Shown here: piece after piece, positions 48,745 to 58,435 of the stretch
Layout of the letters: the number at the start of each line of letters is the position of its first letter
Numbering within the stretch: position 1 is the stretch's first letter
From: Bacteroidales bacterium
Lineage (GTDB): Bacteria > Bacteroidota > Bacteroidia > Bacteroidales > TTA-H9
DNA length: 64,000 bases
Direction of reading: 5' to 3'
Assembly (NCBI GenBank): GCA_030656615.1
Contig: JAUSOY010000061.1
Coordinates: forward strand, 25,319 to 89,318
The notes under the pieces: model-generated
The model's input: only the letters and a program-made list of their open reading frames with translations
The model's database searches: none
Told to the model about the DNA's origin: nothing
Position numbers and translations under genes: made by a program

Positions 48745-50871
48745 TTATTCACCTTCTGGTTTAGGAAGAAGTACTTTCCTCGAAAGCTTCAGTTTTCCGG
48801 TAGATTTATCCACTTCGATGAGTTTAACATCGATGATATCGCCTACTTTCAACACACTTTCAACATCCTTCAACCTTCTCCATTCAATTTCGGAAATATG
48901 TAAAAGTCCGTCCTTACCAGGTAAAATTTCTACAAAAGCTCCAAACGTAGTGATGGTTTTCACTTTTCCCGAATAAACAGTACCAACTTCGGGAATAGCG
49001 ACAATACCACGGATTTTCGCGCGTACAGCCTCAATTGATGCGAGGTCGACCGCAACGATATCGATAATTCCAAATTCACCAACTTCTTCAATAACGATGG
49101 TACAATTTGTTTCGCGCTGCATTTCCTGAATAATCTTGCCGCCAGGTCCAATAACAGCACCAATGAATTCCTTAGGAATAGTCATCTTGACGATACGGGG
49201 AACATGGGGTTTGTAATCAGCCCGTGACGACTGCAATGTTTTCGACATTTCATTCAGAATATGGAGACGACCCAAACGAGCCTGTTCCAAAGCCTGAGCT
49301 AGAATGTCGAATGGCAGTCCGTCAATTTTAATATCCATCTGGCAGGCGGTAATCCCGTCAGCAGTACCAGTTACTTTAAAGTCCATATCACCCAGATGAT
49401 CTTCATCGCCCAGGATGTCTGACAATACAGCCCAACGGTCAGTTTTTGGATCTGTAATCAAACCCATAGCAATACCCGAAACCGGTTTGGTAATTTTTAC
49501 ACCGGCATCCATTAAAGCCAGTGCACCAGCACAAACCGTAGCCATGGATGACGAACCGTTTGATTCGAGAATATCAGAAACAATACGTATAGTATACGGA
49601 TTTTCCTCTCTGGAAGGAAGAACCGGTTTAAGAGCTCTCATAGCAAGATTTCCATGACCAATTTCGCGACGGCCTGTTCCACGATTTGGACGGGCTTCAC
49701 CAACAGAAAATGGCGGGAAATTATAATGCAGAATAAAATTACTCTTACCTTCGAAAACGGCACCATCGATGGTTTGCTCATCTAATTTTGTACCCAGTGT
49801 ACAGGTTGTAAGCGATTGGGTTTCACCACGGGTAAAGATAGCAGAACCATGCACCGAAGGCAGGTAATCTACTTCAGACCAAATTGGGCGAATCTCATCC
49901 AGTTTACGACCATCAAGCCGTGAACGTCTGTCAAGAATTGCATTGCGCACTGCCTCATATTCAACATGATGGAAATATCGTTTTATCATTCCCATTTTTG
50001 AACCACGATCTTCCTCTGAAATTGTTTCGAGAAGAGCCACTTTAACAGCAGCAAAAGCGTCGCTTCTTTCGTGTTTTACAGTAGCACGGCTGGCGATTTC
50101 GTATATTTTGTCGTATGAAAAATCATGAATGGTTTTCTGCAGGTCCTCATCATTCGATTCGTGGCAATAGGTCCTTTTAGGCGATGATTTAGTAACCATG
50201 GCAGCAAGTTCTAATTGAGCCTGACACATAATTTTAATTGCATCATGTGCTATACGCAGGGCTTCAATTAAATCGGTTTCTGATACTTCTTTCATTTCGC
50301 CTTCTACCATCACGATGTTATCGATGGTTGCAGCGACCATAATATCAATATCCGAAAATTCCATATCAGAAACGGAAGGATTGATAACCAACTGACCATT
50401 AACACGACCTACTCTGGCTTCAGAAATTGGTCCATGGAAGGGGATATCAGAAACGGAAAGTGCTGCTGAAGCTGCAAGAGCTGCGAAAGCATCGGGGTTA
50501 GTATTTTTTTCACCAGAAATAAGGCTGATAATAACCTGTGTTTCTGCATGATAATCTTCAGGGAATAAAGGGCGTAAGGCACGGTCGACAAGGCGGGAAA
50601 TTAAAATTTCATATTCAGACGGACGGGCTTCACGTTTGAAGAAACCGCCCGGAAAACTTCCGGTGGAAGCATATTTTTCTTGATAATCAACACTGAGTGG
50701 CATAAAGTCCACATCCTCTTTGGCTTCTTTGTTTGAAACTACAGTAGCCAGAAGCATTGTATTGCCCACTTTAACAACAACCGAACCATCGGCCTGTTTG
50801 GCAAGTTTGCCGGTTTCTATCTGTACCTCCCTGCCATCAGGCAGTTTAAACGTTTTAATGATTGCTTGCAT
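48745..50871 (-). CDS. pnp: polyribonucleotide nucleotidyltransferase (PNPase)
   Basis: Two RNase PH domains plus KH and S1 domains. Start set at [14 protein letters not shown]. The ORF-track N-terminal extension runs into the leader. Confidence 0.95.
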   Translation of the reverse strand: MQAIIKTFKLPDGREVQIETGKLAKQADGSVVVKVGNTMLLATVVSNKEAKEDVDFMPLSVDYQEKYASTGSFPGGFFKREARPSEYEILISRLVDRALRPLFPEDYHAETQVIISLISGEKNTNPDAFAALAASAALSVSDIPFHGPISEARVGRVNGQLVINPSVSDMEFSDIDIMVAATIDNIVMVEGEMKEVSETDLIEALRIAHDAIKIMCQAQLELAAMVTKSSPKRTYCHESNDEDLQKTIHDFSYDKIYEIASRATVKHERSDAFAAVKVALLETISEEDRGSKMGMIKRYFHHVEYEAVRNAILDRRSRLDGRKLDEIRPIWSEVDYLPSVHGSAIFTRGETQSLTTCTLGTKLDEQTIDGAVFEGKSNFILHYNFPPFSVGEARPNRGTGRREIGHGNLAMRALKPVLPSREENPYTIRIVSDILESNGSSSMATVCAGALALMDAGVKITKPVSGIAMGLITDPKTDRWAVLSDILGDEDHLGDMDFKVTGTADGITACQMDIKIDGLPFDILAQALEQARLGRLHILNEMSKTLQSSRADYKPHVPRIVKMTIPKEFIGAVIGPGGKIIQEMQRETNCTIVIEEVGEFGIIDIVAVDLASIEAVRAKIRGIVAIPEVGTVYSGKVKTITTFGAFVEILPGKDGLLHISEIEWRRLKDVESVLKVGDIIDVKLIEVDKSTGKLKLSRKVLLPKPEGE

Positions 50872-51007
50872 AATACTTGTTTTAATTTTCTCACCGCGGC
50901 TTAATACCAAAGACAATGATCCGGCCAAACCACCTATTTACCGAAACAGAATATTATTCAACTGTCATCATTCAGCAATTACGGGCTCACCGGATTTTTA
51001 TAATACC

Positions 51008-51035
51008 AAAAAAGGCAATGCGCCATTGCCTTTTT
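51008..51035 (-). terminator. hairpin between rpsO and pnp (terminator/attenuator)
   Basis: ggcaatg-cgc-cattgcc flanked by A-run and T-run. It sits 25 nt after the rpsO stop and ~140 nt before the pnp start. Confidence 0.7.
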
Positions 51036-51060
51036 AATGCTTTTAAAACTACGAGGCAAC

Positions 51061-51330
51061 TTATTTACGGATGCCCAGTTTTTTAATAATATCTCTGTAG
51101 CGGTTAATGTCCCTTTCTTTGAGATATGTTAGAAGTTTCCTTCTTTTACCAACAAGGTTAACCAATGATCGCATGGTGTTTTTATCCTTTTTATTAACCT
51201 TCAGATGGCCGGTGAGATGGTTAATTCGGAAGGAAAACAGTGCAATCTGGCCTTCGGCTGAACCGGTATTGATCTCGTTCTGACCGTGCTCCTTAAATAT
51301 GTTCTTCTTTACTTCAGGCGTCAAATACAT
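51061..51330 (-). CDS. rpsO: 30S ribosomal protein S15
   Basis: 89 aa containing GSAEGQIALFSFRINHLTGHLK... Confidence 0.95.
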   Translation of the reverse strand: MYLTPEVKKNIFKEHGQNEINTGSAEGQIALFSFRINHLTGHLKVNKKDKNTMRSLVNLVGKRRKLLTYLKERDINRYRDIIKKLGIRK

Positions 51331-51368
51331 GGCTTGAGTTTACGATTAATTCTTCATTTTTAGGGGTG

Positions 51369-51376
51369 CAAATATA
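51369..51376 (-). promoter_or_regulatory. -7 box TATATTTG upstream of rpsO
   Basis: The minus-strand reading matches TAnnTTTG, 39 nt before the start. A second match (TACATTTG) lies at 51428-51435. Confidence 0.5.
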
Positions 51377-51739
51377 CGTATTTTTCCAGATTCGGTATCC
51401 TTTTCTGAAAAAAAATATTTGATGCTGCAAATGTACAGCTATTTCCATTACTAAGTCGAAAAAATATCCCCGAAAGTTTCTATTTGATGCAAAGATGCCC
51501 TCAAAAGCATATCACTAATCAAGCCTTTCGTTCATTTTACATTAATTAATGTCTATTGATTATTTCCATCTTGTACGATACCATACGTCGAATTAAAACC
51601 ATTAAATCTTGGTTTTTAATTATTTAGGTCCTTTTTATCAAATTCTCCGATTTTTGTTCGCCTTTAAATCCATGAATTTCAAAGTCTGTCCATTGACCCA
51701 TATCATAAAGACCTATGAATACATAAACGCAGAATTATG

Positions 51740-51747
51740 TACCTTTG
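51740..51747 (+). promoter_or_regulatory. -7 box TACCTTTG upstream of ffh
   Basis: Matches TAnnTTTG, 45 nt before the ATG. Confidence 0.5.
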
Positions 51748-51791
51748 CAGTCCTTTTTTAAGAAATAAACCTATTAACTTGTTTACTCAGC

Positions 51792-53126
51792 ATGTTTGAA
51801 GGATTAAGCGATAAACTCGAAAGAGCATTCAAGGTTCTGAAAGGTCAGGGCCAAATTACTGAAATCAACGTAGCCGACACCCTTAAAGAGGTTCGCAAGG
51901 CATTGCTCGATGCCGACGTTAGTTATAAAATTGCAAAGCAATTTGCTGAAGATGTAAAAGTTAAGGCTCTTGGACTAAATGTGCTTACAGCCATTTCGCC
52001 CAATCAGCTCATGATTAAGATCGTTCATGACGAGCTGGCCAGCCTCATGGGTGGTTCTAAAGCCGATCTCAATCTGAAAGCAAACCCTAGCGTTATTCTG
52101 ATGGCAGGGCTTCAGGGATCTGGAAAAACCACGTTCTCGGCCAAACTTGCCAATTTCATCAAAAACAAACAAGGGAAGATTCCGCTTCTGGTGGCTTGCG
52201 ACGTATACCGCCCGGCTGCCATCGACCAGCTTAAAGTTCTGGGCGAACAAATTGGTGTTGAAGTATATTCTGAAACAGATCATACCGATGCAGTAAAAAT
52301 TGCCAAAAACGCTTTGGCCTACGCCCGCGAAAAAGGACATCAGGTAATCATTGTTGATACCGCAGGTCGTCTGGCCATCGATGAGATGATGATGACGGAA
52401 ATCAGCAGTCTTAAAAAAGCCATCAACCCCCACGAAACCCTTTTCGTCGTTGATTCAATGACGGGTCAGGATGCTGTTAATACGGCAAAAACATTTAATG
52501 ACCGTTTAAATTTTGACGGTGTCATTCTAACCAAACTCGATGGCGATACCCGCGGTGGTGCAGCCCTCACCATTCGTGCTGTGGTAGATAAACCCATTAA
52601 ATTCGTTGGAATTGGCGAAAAAATGGATGCCATCGACATTTTCTACCCGGAACGTATGGCCGACCGTATTCTGGGCATGGGTGATATCGTGAGTCTGGTT
52701 GAAAAAGCTCAGGAACAGTTCGATTCGGACGAAGCCCGGAAACTTCAACAGAAAATCGCCAAAGACCAATTCAATTTTGATGATTTCCTTCAGCAAATCC
52801 GTCAGATTAAAAAGATGGGAAATATGAAGGACCTGGTTTCCATGATTCCTGGTATGGGAAAAATGATGAAGGATGTAGACATTGATGACGATGCCTTCAA
52901 AGGAATTGAAGCCATTATTCAAAGCATGACTCCTTTCGAAAGAGCCAATCCACACATTCTGAATGGAAGCCGCCGTAAGCGAATTGCACGCGGCAGTGGT
53001 ACCGATATACAAGAAGTAAACCGCCTGGTAAAACAATTTGAAGACACCCGGAAAATGATGAAAATGATGACTTCGGGTGGTGGTAAAAAAATGATGCGTG
53101 CCATGCAAACCATGCGCAAACGCTAA
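51792..53126 (+). CDS. ffh: signal recognition particle protein
   Basis: 444 aa with an NG domain (GLQGSGKTT, DTAGR, TKLDGD) and a Met-rich M domain. Confidence 0.95.
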   Translation: MFEGLSDKLERAFKVLKGQGQITEINVADTLKEVRKALLDADVSYKIAKQFAEDVKVKALGLNVLTAISPNQLMIKIVHDELASLMGGSKADLNLKANPSVILMAGLQGSGKTTFSAKLANFIKNKQGKIPLLVACDVYRPAAIDQLKVLGEQIGVEVYSETDHTDAVKIAKNALAYAREKGHQVIIVDTAGRLAIDEMMMTEISSLKKAINPHETLFVVDSMTGQDAVNTAKTFNDRLNFDGVILTKLDGDTRGGAALTIRAVVDKPIKFVGIGEKMDAIDIFYPERMADRILGMGDIVSLVEKAQEQFDSDEARKLQQKIAKDQFNFDDFLQQIRQIKKMGNMKDLVSMIPGMGKMMKDVDIDDDAFKGIEAIIQSMTPFERANPHILNGSRRKRIARGSGTDIQEVNRLVKQFEDTRKMMKMMTSGGGKKMMRAMQTMRKR

Positions 53127-53145
53127 AAACTGATATTTTTCTCAA

Positions 53146-54021
53146 ATGAAACGGATAGACGGAAAAGCCATTGCTACGCAGATAAAAAACGATATTAAAA
53201 CAGAAGTAGCTGCCCTTATCGATAATGAACAGCCTGCGCCTCACCTGGCAGCGGTAATTGTTGGCGAAGATCCTGCCAGTCAGACATATATTTCCAGCAA
53301 AGACAAGGCTTGTAAAGAAGTCGGTATAACCTCATCCATATACCGTTATCCTGCCAATTTATCTGAAGAAGAATTATTGGAAGTTGTTGATTTCCTGAAT
53401 AATGATGACGATGTCAGCGGCTTTATCGTGCAATTACCCCTTCCGGAACACATCGATGCGAACAAGGTCATTCAACGCATCAGCCCTGAAAAGGATGTAG
53501 ATGGATTTCATCCGCAGAATATGGGAAAACTGGTCATGGGACTCCCTTCTCTACTCCCTGCCACACCTTACGGCATCATGCTTCTGCTCGAAAAATACAA
53601 GATTGAAACCTCCGGAAAACATTGTGTTGTACTCGGACGTAGCAATATCGTTGGCACTCCGGTTTCTCTTCTGATGTCGCGCAAGGCGTCGCCCGGTGAT
53701 GCAACCGTTACCATCTGTCACAGCCGCACAAAAAATCTTAAAGAAATTTGCCTGCAGGCCGATATTCTCATAGCCGCGATCGGACAACCCAACTTTGTTA
53801 CCGCCGACATGGTAAAAGAGGGAGCCGTTGTTATCGATGTGGGAATACACCGTATCCCTGACGAAAAGGCCGAAAAAGGCTATCATATTACCGGTGATGT
53901 GGATTTTGAAAATGTGTCGAAAAAAACTTCTTTCATTACACCCGTTCCCGGTGGCGTTGGTGCCATGACCATTGCAGCACTGCTTCTAAATACGATGAAG
54001 GCTTTTAAAAAAGACTTCTGA
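53146..54021 (+). CDS. folD: bifunctional methylenetetrahydrofolate dehydrogenase / methenyl-THF cyclohydrolase
   Basis: 291 aa with YISSKDKAC, VQLPLP, GRSNIVG and PVPGGVG motifs. Confidence 0.95.
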   Translation: MKRIDGKAIATQIKNDIKTEVAALIDNEQPAPHLAAVIVGEDPASQTYISSKDKACKEVGITSSIYRYPANLSEEELLEVVDFLNNDDDVSGFIVQLPLPEHIDANKVIQRISPEKDVDGFHPQNMGKLVMGLPSLLPATPYGIMLLLEKYKIETSGKHCVVLGRSNIVGTPVSLLMSRKASPGDATVTICHSRTKNLKEICLQADILIAAIGQPNFVTADMVKEGAVVIDVGIHRIPDEKAEKGYHITGDVDFENVSKKTSFITPVPGGVGAMTIAALLLNTMKAFKKDF

Positions 54022-54034
54022 AATCTGAATACGC

Positions 54035-55210
54035 ATGATGATATTCAAGAGACTGACGGGGTTTCTCCTGCTGTTTCTGCTCGGGAGTGCGGTACTAAAT
54101 GCACAGCAGGCCGAAACCATTCAAATCGACTTTCAGCCTGAAGTTGTTATAAGGAAACTTCCGTCCATACTCAACGAAACTTCCGGACTGCTTCGATTCC
54201 AAAACTATTTCTTAAGTCATAATGATAGCGGTGGCACTCCGGAGATATTTCTCATCGATACCTTAAGCGGCGAAATTATCGGAAGCACCCGTGTCAGTAA
54301 TGCGAGCAACCGTGATTGGGAAGATATTGCTTCTGATTCGGTTTACCTCTATATCGGTGATTTCGGAAATAATATCGGAAACCGCAATGATTTATGCATA
54401 TACCGAATCCCCCTCAGGGAGCTTGCAACACAAGGAGTGTCTGAATGCACTGCTGAAAAAATAGAATTCTCCTGGCCCGATCAACAAAGCTTTGAAGCGG
54501 CAAATCAAAAAAATAATTTCGATTGTGAGGCTATGCTTGTTCATAACGGACAGTTGTTTTTATTTACCAAACGATGGAAGGATCGTACATCGGCAATTTA
54601 CAGCCTTCCTGATTCGCCCGGAAAATACATCGCCCGTTTTATCACCCGTTTCAATGCCGATGGCCTCATCACCGGTGCCGATATTTCTCCCAATCAGCAA
54701 AATGTCGTTCTATGTGGTTATAAAAACTATACACCATACATATTGCTCTTTGATGCATCAGCACTCGATAGTGGCTATCTGCAATGCATATTGCGAGTGG
54801 ATTTTTCAGAAATTTTTGCCGCTCAAACTGAAGGAGTATGCTTTGATGCTCAGGGCACTATATGGATATCAGCCGAAAACACTCCATTGCATAAAGCAGG
54901 TATTTACAGAATTAAACCTGCACTGTTACCAATGAAACAAAATCCATTTCGCAGATTTTTTTACGAATGGAAACGCGAAAGCCACGAAATCAGTATTAAA
55001 AGCCGATACAATGGCCAGCGAAAATATCACATAGAAATCCTCAACCGACAAGGAAAAATCTATGATAAGATAAAAATCGGGAGTAAAGATGTTACAGTCG
55101 AAAACACCTTCAGAATAGTCCCGAAAGGTGAAATAATTGTGCGGATGTATTCCGGAAAAGATGAAATTACTTTCCGGATTCCAAAAGAAAACAAATCAGT
55201 CAATGAATAA
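54035..55210 (+). CDS. hypothetical secreted protein (propeller-like N-terminal part)
   Basis: 391 aa with a signal peptide (LLLFLLGSAVLNAQQ) and motifs ETSGL...HNDSGG...WEDIA...GDFGNN. Family not confidently recognised. Confidence 0.55.
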   Translation: MMIFKRLTGFLLLFLLGSAVLNAQQAETIQIDFQPEVVIRKLPSILNETSGLLRFQNYFLSHNDSGGTPEIFLIDTLSGEIIGSTRVSNASNRDWEDIASDSVYLYIGDFGNNIGNRNDLCIYRIPLRELATQGVSECTAEKIEFSWPDQQSFEAANQKNNFDCEAMLVHNGQLFLFTKRWKDRTSAIYSLPDSPGKYIARFITRFNADGLITGADISPNQQNVVLCGYKNYTPYILLFDASALDSGYLQCILRVDFSEIFAAQTEGVCFDAQGTIWISAENTPLHKAGIYRIKPALLPMKQNPFRRFFYEWKRESHEISIKSRYNGQRKYHIEILNRQGKIYDKIKIGSKDVTVENTFRIVPKGEIIVRMYSGKDEITFRIPKENKSVNE

Positions 55211-55835
55211 GGAACAAGAGAATCTCCTTGATTTAGGTCTTATACTCCCTGTGGTGGAAGAGTTTTACAGTTTGCAGGGCGAAGGCTTACAAGCGGGAAA
55301 AGCCGCAGCATTTGTGCGAATTGGAGGATGTGATGTGGGTTGTGCCTGGTGCGATTCAAAAGAAAGCTGGAATCCTTCTGTTTTTCCACCGAAAACAATC
55401 GAGTCTATTCTGAAAAACATTCAGTCATACCATTGCAAGGCTGTGGTTATTACGGGAGGCGAACCCTTGTCATGGAATTTAAATCCATTATGCGAACTTC
55501 TTAAACGTCACGAAATCGAAACCTATCTCGAAACTTCCGGTTCTCAATCACTTACTGGTCAATGGGATTGGGTTTGCCTGTCTCCCAAAAAAAACAGCCC
55601 ACCCCTTCCGGATCTTTTCGCAAACGCCCATGAATTAAAAGTTATCATCCACGACGAAACCGACTTTATTTGGGCTGAGGAAAACGCCAGACGAGTAAAA
55701 AAAACCTGCGCTTTGCTGTTACAACCCGAATGGAGCAGAAAAGATATCATGCTACCTGCGATTATTGATTATATTCTCAGTCACACGCATTGGAGGCTTT
55801 CGCTCCAAATGCATAAGTGGGCTAAAATCCCTTAG
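55203..55835 (+). CDS. queE: 7-carboxy-7-deazaguanine synthase (radical SAM)
   Basis: EEFYSLQGEG, the IGGCDVGCAWCDS cluster motif and ITGGEP. Start set at MNKEQEN, an 8-nt overlap with the upstream stop (ATGAATAA). Confidence 0.85.
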   Translation: MNKEQENLLDLGLILPVVEEFYSLQGEGLQAGKAAAFVRIGGCDVGCAWCDSKESWNPSVFPPKTIESILKNIQSYHCKAVVITGGEPLSWNLNPLCELLKRHEIETYLETSGSQSLTGQWDWVCLSPKKNSPPLPDLFANAHELKVIIHDETDFIWAEENARRVKKTCALLLQPEWSRKDIMLPAIIDYILSHTHWRLSLQMHKWAKIP

Positions 55836-55886
55836 ACCTTCCCGATTTTCTGACATTTGACGTATCTTTACCAGTCAATTTCGGTT

Positions 55887-57839
55887 ATGAGAGTCATCCT
55901 GATATTTCTTCTTTTAATAATATCGTTGCATGCCTATCCGCAACGCCAAGCCTTATCCACGCAATCGTCAAGAGCGGAAAAACATTATACACGGGGTGCC
56001 GGTCACTTGCATATACGAGAATTTGAAAAAGCTGAAAAAGAACTGATAAAAGCCACTGAATCGGACATTCACTTCACCGAAGCATGGATGCTTTTGGGCG
56101 ATTTATACATCGACACCAGAAGATTCGAAGATGCTGCAATCGCATACACAAAATCACTCCACACGGGCCGCAAAACATATCCTGAAGCATTTTTCTTTGC
56201 CGGCTCGGTCGAACTAAAAATAGGCTGGTATGATAGTGCCTATGTTCATCTTGAACGATTTCTTTCTTTCACACAAACGTCGGAAATTCGCAAAAGCATG
56301 GCCAGGCTGCGATTGGCATCTGCTGCTTTCTCGCGCATTGCTATAAAAAATCCCGTTCCTTTCCGGCCAAAAAATCTTGGACCCAACGTCAACTCCTCCT
56401 TCTCAGAATATTTTCCCTGCCTTACGGTGGACGACAAAACGCTATTATTTACCCGGCGGGTCAGCGATAAGGATCACCCCGGACGTGAACAAGAGGATTT
56501 TTACATTTCCAACTGGTCCGATACAACTTGGTCAGAGGCCAAAGCACTGGATTATCCCATTAATACATACATGAATGAAGGAGCGCCTACGCTTTCATCG
56601 GATGGACAACGACTTTTTTTTACCGCTTGTGCGGGTTATAGTGGCTATGGAGAGTCAAGAATCGGTTTCGGCAGTTGTGACCTTTTTATGTCAGTAAAAC
56701 ATGGAAACACCTGGCAAGAACCCGTCAATCTGGGAAATCCTATCAATACATCGATGTGGGAAACTCAGCCAGGATTTTCTTCGGATGGCCGAACGCTCTT
56801 TTTTATTCGAGGTTACACAGATCGTATGAGTGTTTATCACCAGGACATTTACTTCAGTGTTCTTGACACCAATTGGCGATGGAGCCGTCCTGAAAAAATG
56901 CCTGATAACATCAACACCCCTGGCATCGAAGAAAGTGTATTTATTCATCCCGATAGCAAAACGCTTTATTTTTCTTCCGATGGTCATCCGGGAATGGGCG
57001 GACTCGATATTTTTATTACCCGTAAACAAAGCGATGGCAGTTGGTCGGAGCCTGAAAACATCGGATATCCCATTAATACCTTTGCCGATGAAAACAGTCT
57101 GATGGTTTCTGGTGATGGAAAACTGGGATACTTTGCTTCCGATAGAGAGGGTGGGTATGGAAAGTTGGATCTTTATAGTTTCGAAATGCCCGAGCGTATT
57201 CGTCCGAATAAAATCACCTATCTTAAAGGAATCGTATACGATGAGAAAACCCATGAACCCCTGGCAGGTACGTTTGAACTAACTGATTTAGCAACCGCAG
57301 AAGTAAATATCTCTTCGCAGGCAGATGCAACAAGTGGGGAGTTTCTCGTGGCTTTACCCACCGGCAAATCATATGCGCTCAATGTATCTTCTCCGGGTTA
57401 TCTGTTTTATTCTGACCATTTTAATTTAGAAGGCGATTTTGATCGTTTAAACCCATACATTAAAGATGTGCCCCTTCAACCCATTATTGTTGGCGAAACC
57501 GTTATACTCAGAAATGTGTTTTTCGATACAGATTCCTACCTGCTCTTATCAGAATCAAAAATCGAACTCGACCGATTATCGGGTCTTCTGAAAAAAAATC
57601 AGGGAATAACCATCGAAATCAGCGGTCATACCGATAACCAGGGCGATGATGCCTATAATTTGGAGTTAAGCCTGCAAAGAGCAAAGTCTGTTATGGAATA
57701 CCTAATTAATCAAGGCATAAAACCAATCCGGATGACTTATAAGGGATATGGAGAAACACTCCCGGTGCAAACCAACGACACCGAAAATGGACGGGCCAGA
57801 AACCGACGTACAGAATTCAAAATCATTGAAGTAAAATAA
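55887..57839 (+). CDS. OmpA-family protein with TPR and TolB-like beta-propeller repeats
   Basis: Signal peptide MRVILIFLLLIISLHA and N-terminal TPR. Repeated E..P.LS.DG..L.F (WD40-like/TolB) units. C-terminal OmpA peptidoglycan-binding domain (FDTDSY...ISGHTDNQGDDAYNLELSLQRA...NRRTEF). Confidence 0.85.
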   Translation: MRVILIFLLLIISLHAYPQRQALSTQSSRAEKHYTRGAGHLHIREFEKAEKELIKATESDIHFTEAWMLLGDLYIDTRRFEDAAIAYTKSLHTGRKTYPEAFFFAGSVELKIGWYDSAYVHLERFLSFTQTSEIRKSMARLRLASAAFSRIAIKNPVPFRPKNLGPNVNSSFSEYFPCLTVDDKTLLFTRRVSDKDHPGREQEDFYISNWSDTTWSEAKALDYPINTYMNEGAPTLSSDGQRLFFTACAGYSGYGESRIGFGSCDLFMSVKHGNTWQEPVNLGNPINTSMWETQPGFSSDGRTLFFIRGYTDRMSVYHQDIYFSVLDTNWRWSRPEKMPDNINTPGIEESVFIHPDSKTLYFSSDGHPGMGGLDIFITRKQSDGSWSEPENIGYPINTFADENSLMVSGDGKLGYFASDREGGYGKLDLYSFEMPERIRPNKITYLKGIVYDEKTHEPLAGTFELTDLATAEVNISSQADATSGEFLVALPTGKSYALNVSSPGYLFYSDHFNLEGDFDRLNPYIKDVPLQPIIVGETVILRNVFFDTDSYLLLSESKIELDRLSGLLKKNQGITIEISGHTDNQGDDAYNLELSLQRAKSVMEYLINQGIKPIRMTYKGYGETLPVQTNDTENGRARNRRTEFKIIEVK

Positions 57840-57861
57840 CCAAATGCGAACCACAGAACTT

Positions 57862-57872
57862 CCCGTTTCGGG
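57862..57872 (+). terminator. weak hairpin after OmpA-family gene
   Basis: cccg-ttt-cggg followed by TTTC, 23 nt after the stop codon. Confidence 0.3.
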
Positions 57873-58095
57873 TTTCGGCACTTCACTGCGCCCTTCGGCA
57901 GGCTCAGGGTGACATTCCGTGTGACAGTACAGACATTTCGCTTCATTCAGTGAGACACATCGTTGAAAGTCAAAAGTTGAAGGCCTGCCCTGAGTGCCAC
58001 CCTAGCGCAGTCAAAGGGCGGAACGCAGTGGTGTCGAAGGGGAACTCGAAACATTCAGCGTTTTTATCTCTTAGTTTTTAACTTTTAGTTTTTTT

Positions 58096-58180
58096 ATCTG
58101 TGGATTTGCATTTTCTCCCTCTCGCCCTTTCTCCTCTTCTCCCATTCACTTTTTCGTAATTCGTAATTGCTAATTTGTAA
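58096..58180 (+). repeat. 85-nt direct repeat, copy A
   Basis: atctgtggatttgcattttctccctctcgccctttctcctcttctcccattcactttttcgtaattcgtaattgctaatttgtaa. By eye it is about 90-95% identical to copy B. Confidence 0.9.
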
Positions 58181-58182
58181 AT
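58155..58182 (+). repeat. heptanucleotide tandem array (4 units)
   Basis: cgtaatt cgtaatt gctaatt tgtaaat. Confidence 0.8.
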
Positions 58183-58233
58183 AATAGATTGGCCGTTCAA
58201 TTTAAATATTGACCTCTGATTCAGCCCCCATCC

Positions 58234-58274
58234 CCGGCCCTTCCCCCAATTGGTGGAAGGGTGACTATGCCGGC
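58234..58274. other. GC-rich nested hairpin in variable block 1
   Basis: Outer stem ccggc (58234-58238) pairs with gccgg (58269-58273). Inner stem ccttcc (58239-58244) pairs with ggaagg (58255-58260). Confidence 0.6.
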
Positions 58275-58285
58275 GGAAATAATTT

Positions 58286-58320
58286 GATAATTCGTAATTT
58301 CTCTAATTACTGATTACTTA
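58286..58320 (+). repeat. heptanucleotide tandem array (5 units)
   Basis: gataatt cgtaatt tctctaa ttactga ttactta. Confidence 0.8.
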
Positions 58321-58357
58321 TCTGTGTCCATCTGTGTTTTCATCTGTGCCATCTGTG
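58320..58357 (+). repeat. four ATCTGTG motifs at 9-12 nt spacing
   Basis: Occurrences start at 58320, 58330, 58342 and 58351. A single copy lies at 58096 in copy A. Confidence 0.8.
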
Positions 58358-58435
58358 GATCTGCATTTTTCTCCCTCTCGCCCTCTCTCCTCTTCTCCCA
58401 TTCACTTTTCGTAATTCGTAATTGATAATTCGTAA
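58351..58435 (+). repeat. 85-nt direct repeat, copy B
   Basis: atctgtggatctgcatttttctccctctcgccctctctcctcttctcccattcacttttcgtaattcgtaattgataattcgtaa. Confidence 0.9.

Noticed and set aside
52527-53108. 193-aa antisense ORF inside ffh (also 51975-52433 and 52915-53244)
   Set aside because: It lies fully within, and antisense to, a highly conserved gene. The translation is His/Phe-rich and low-complexity, as is typical of antisense frames.
56691-57254. 187-aa ORF antisense to the OmpA-family gene
   Set aside because: It is an antisense frame within a well-supported CDS, with no motifs.
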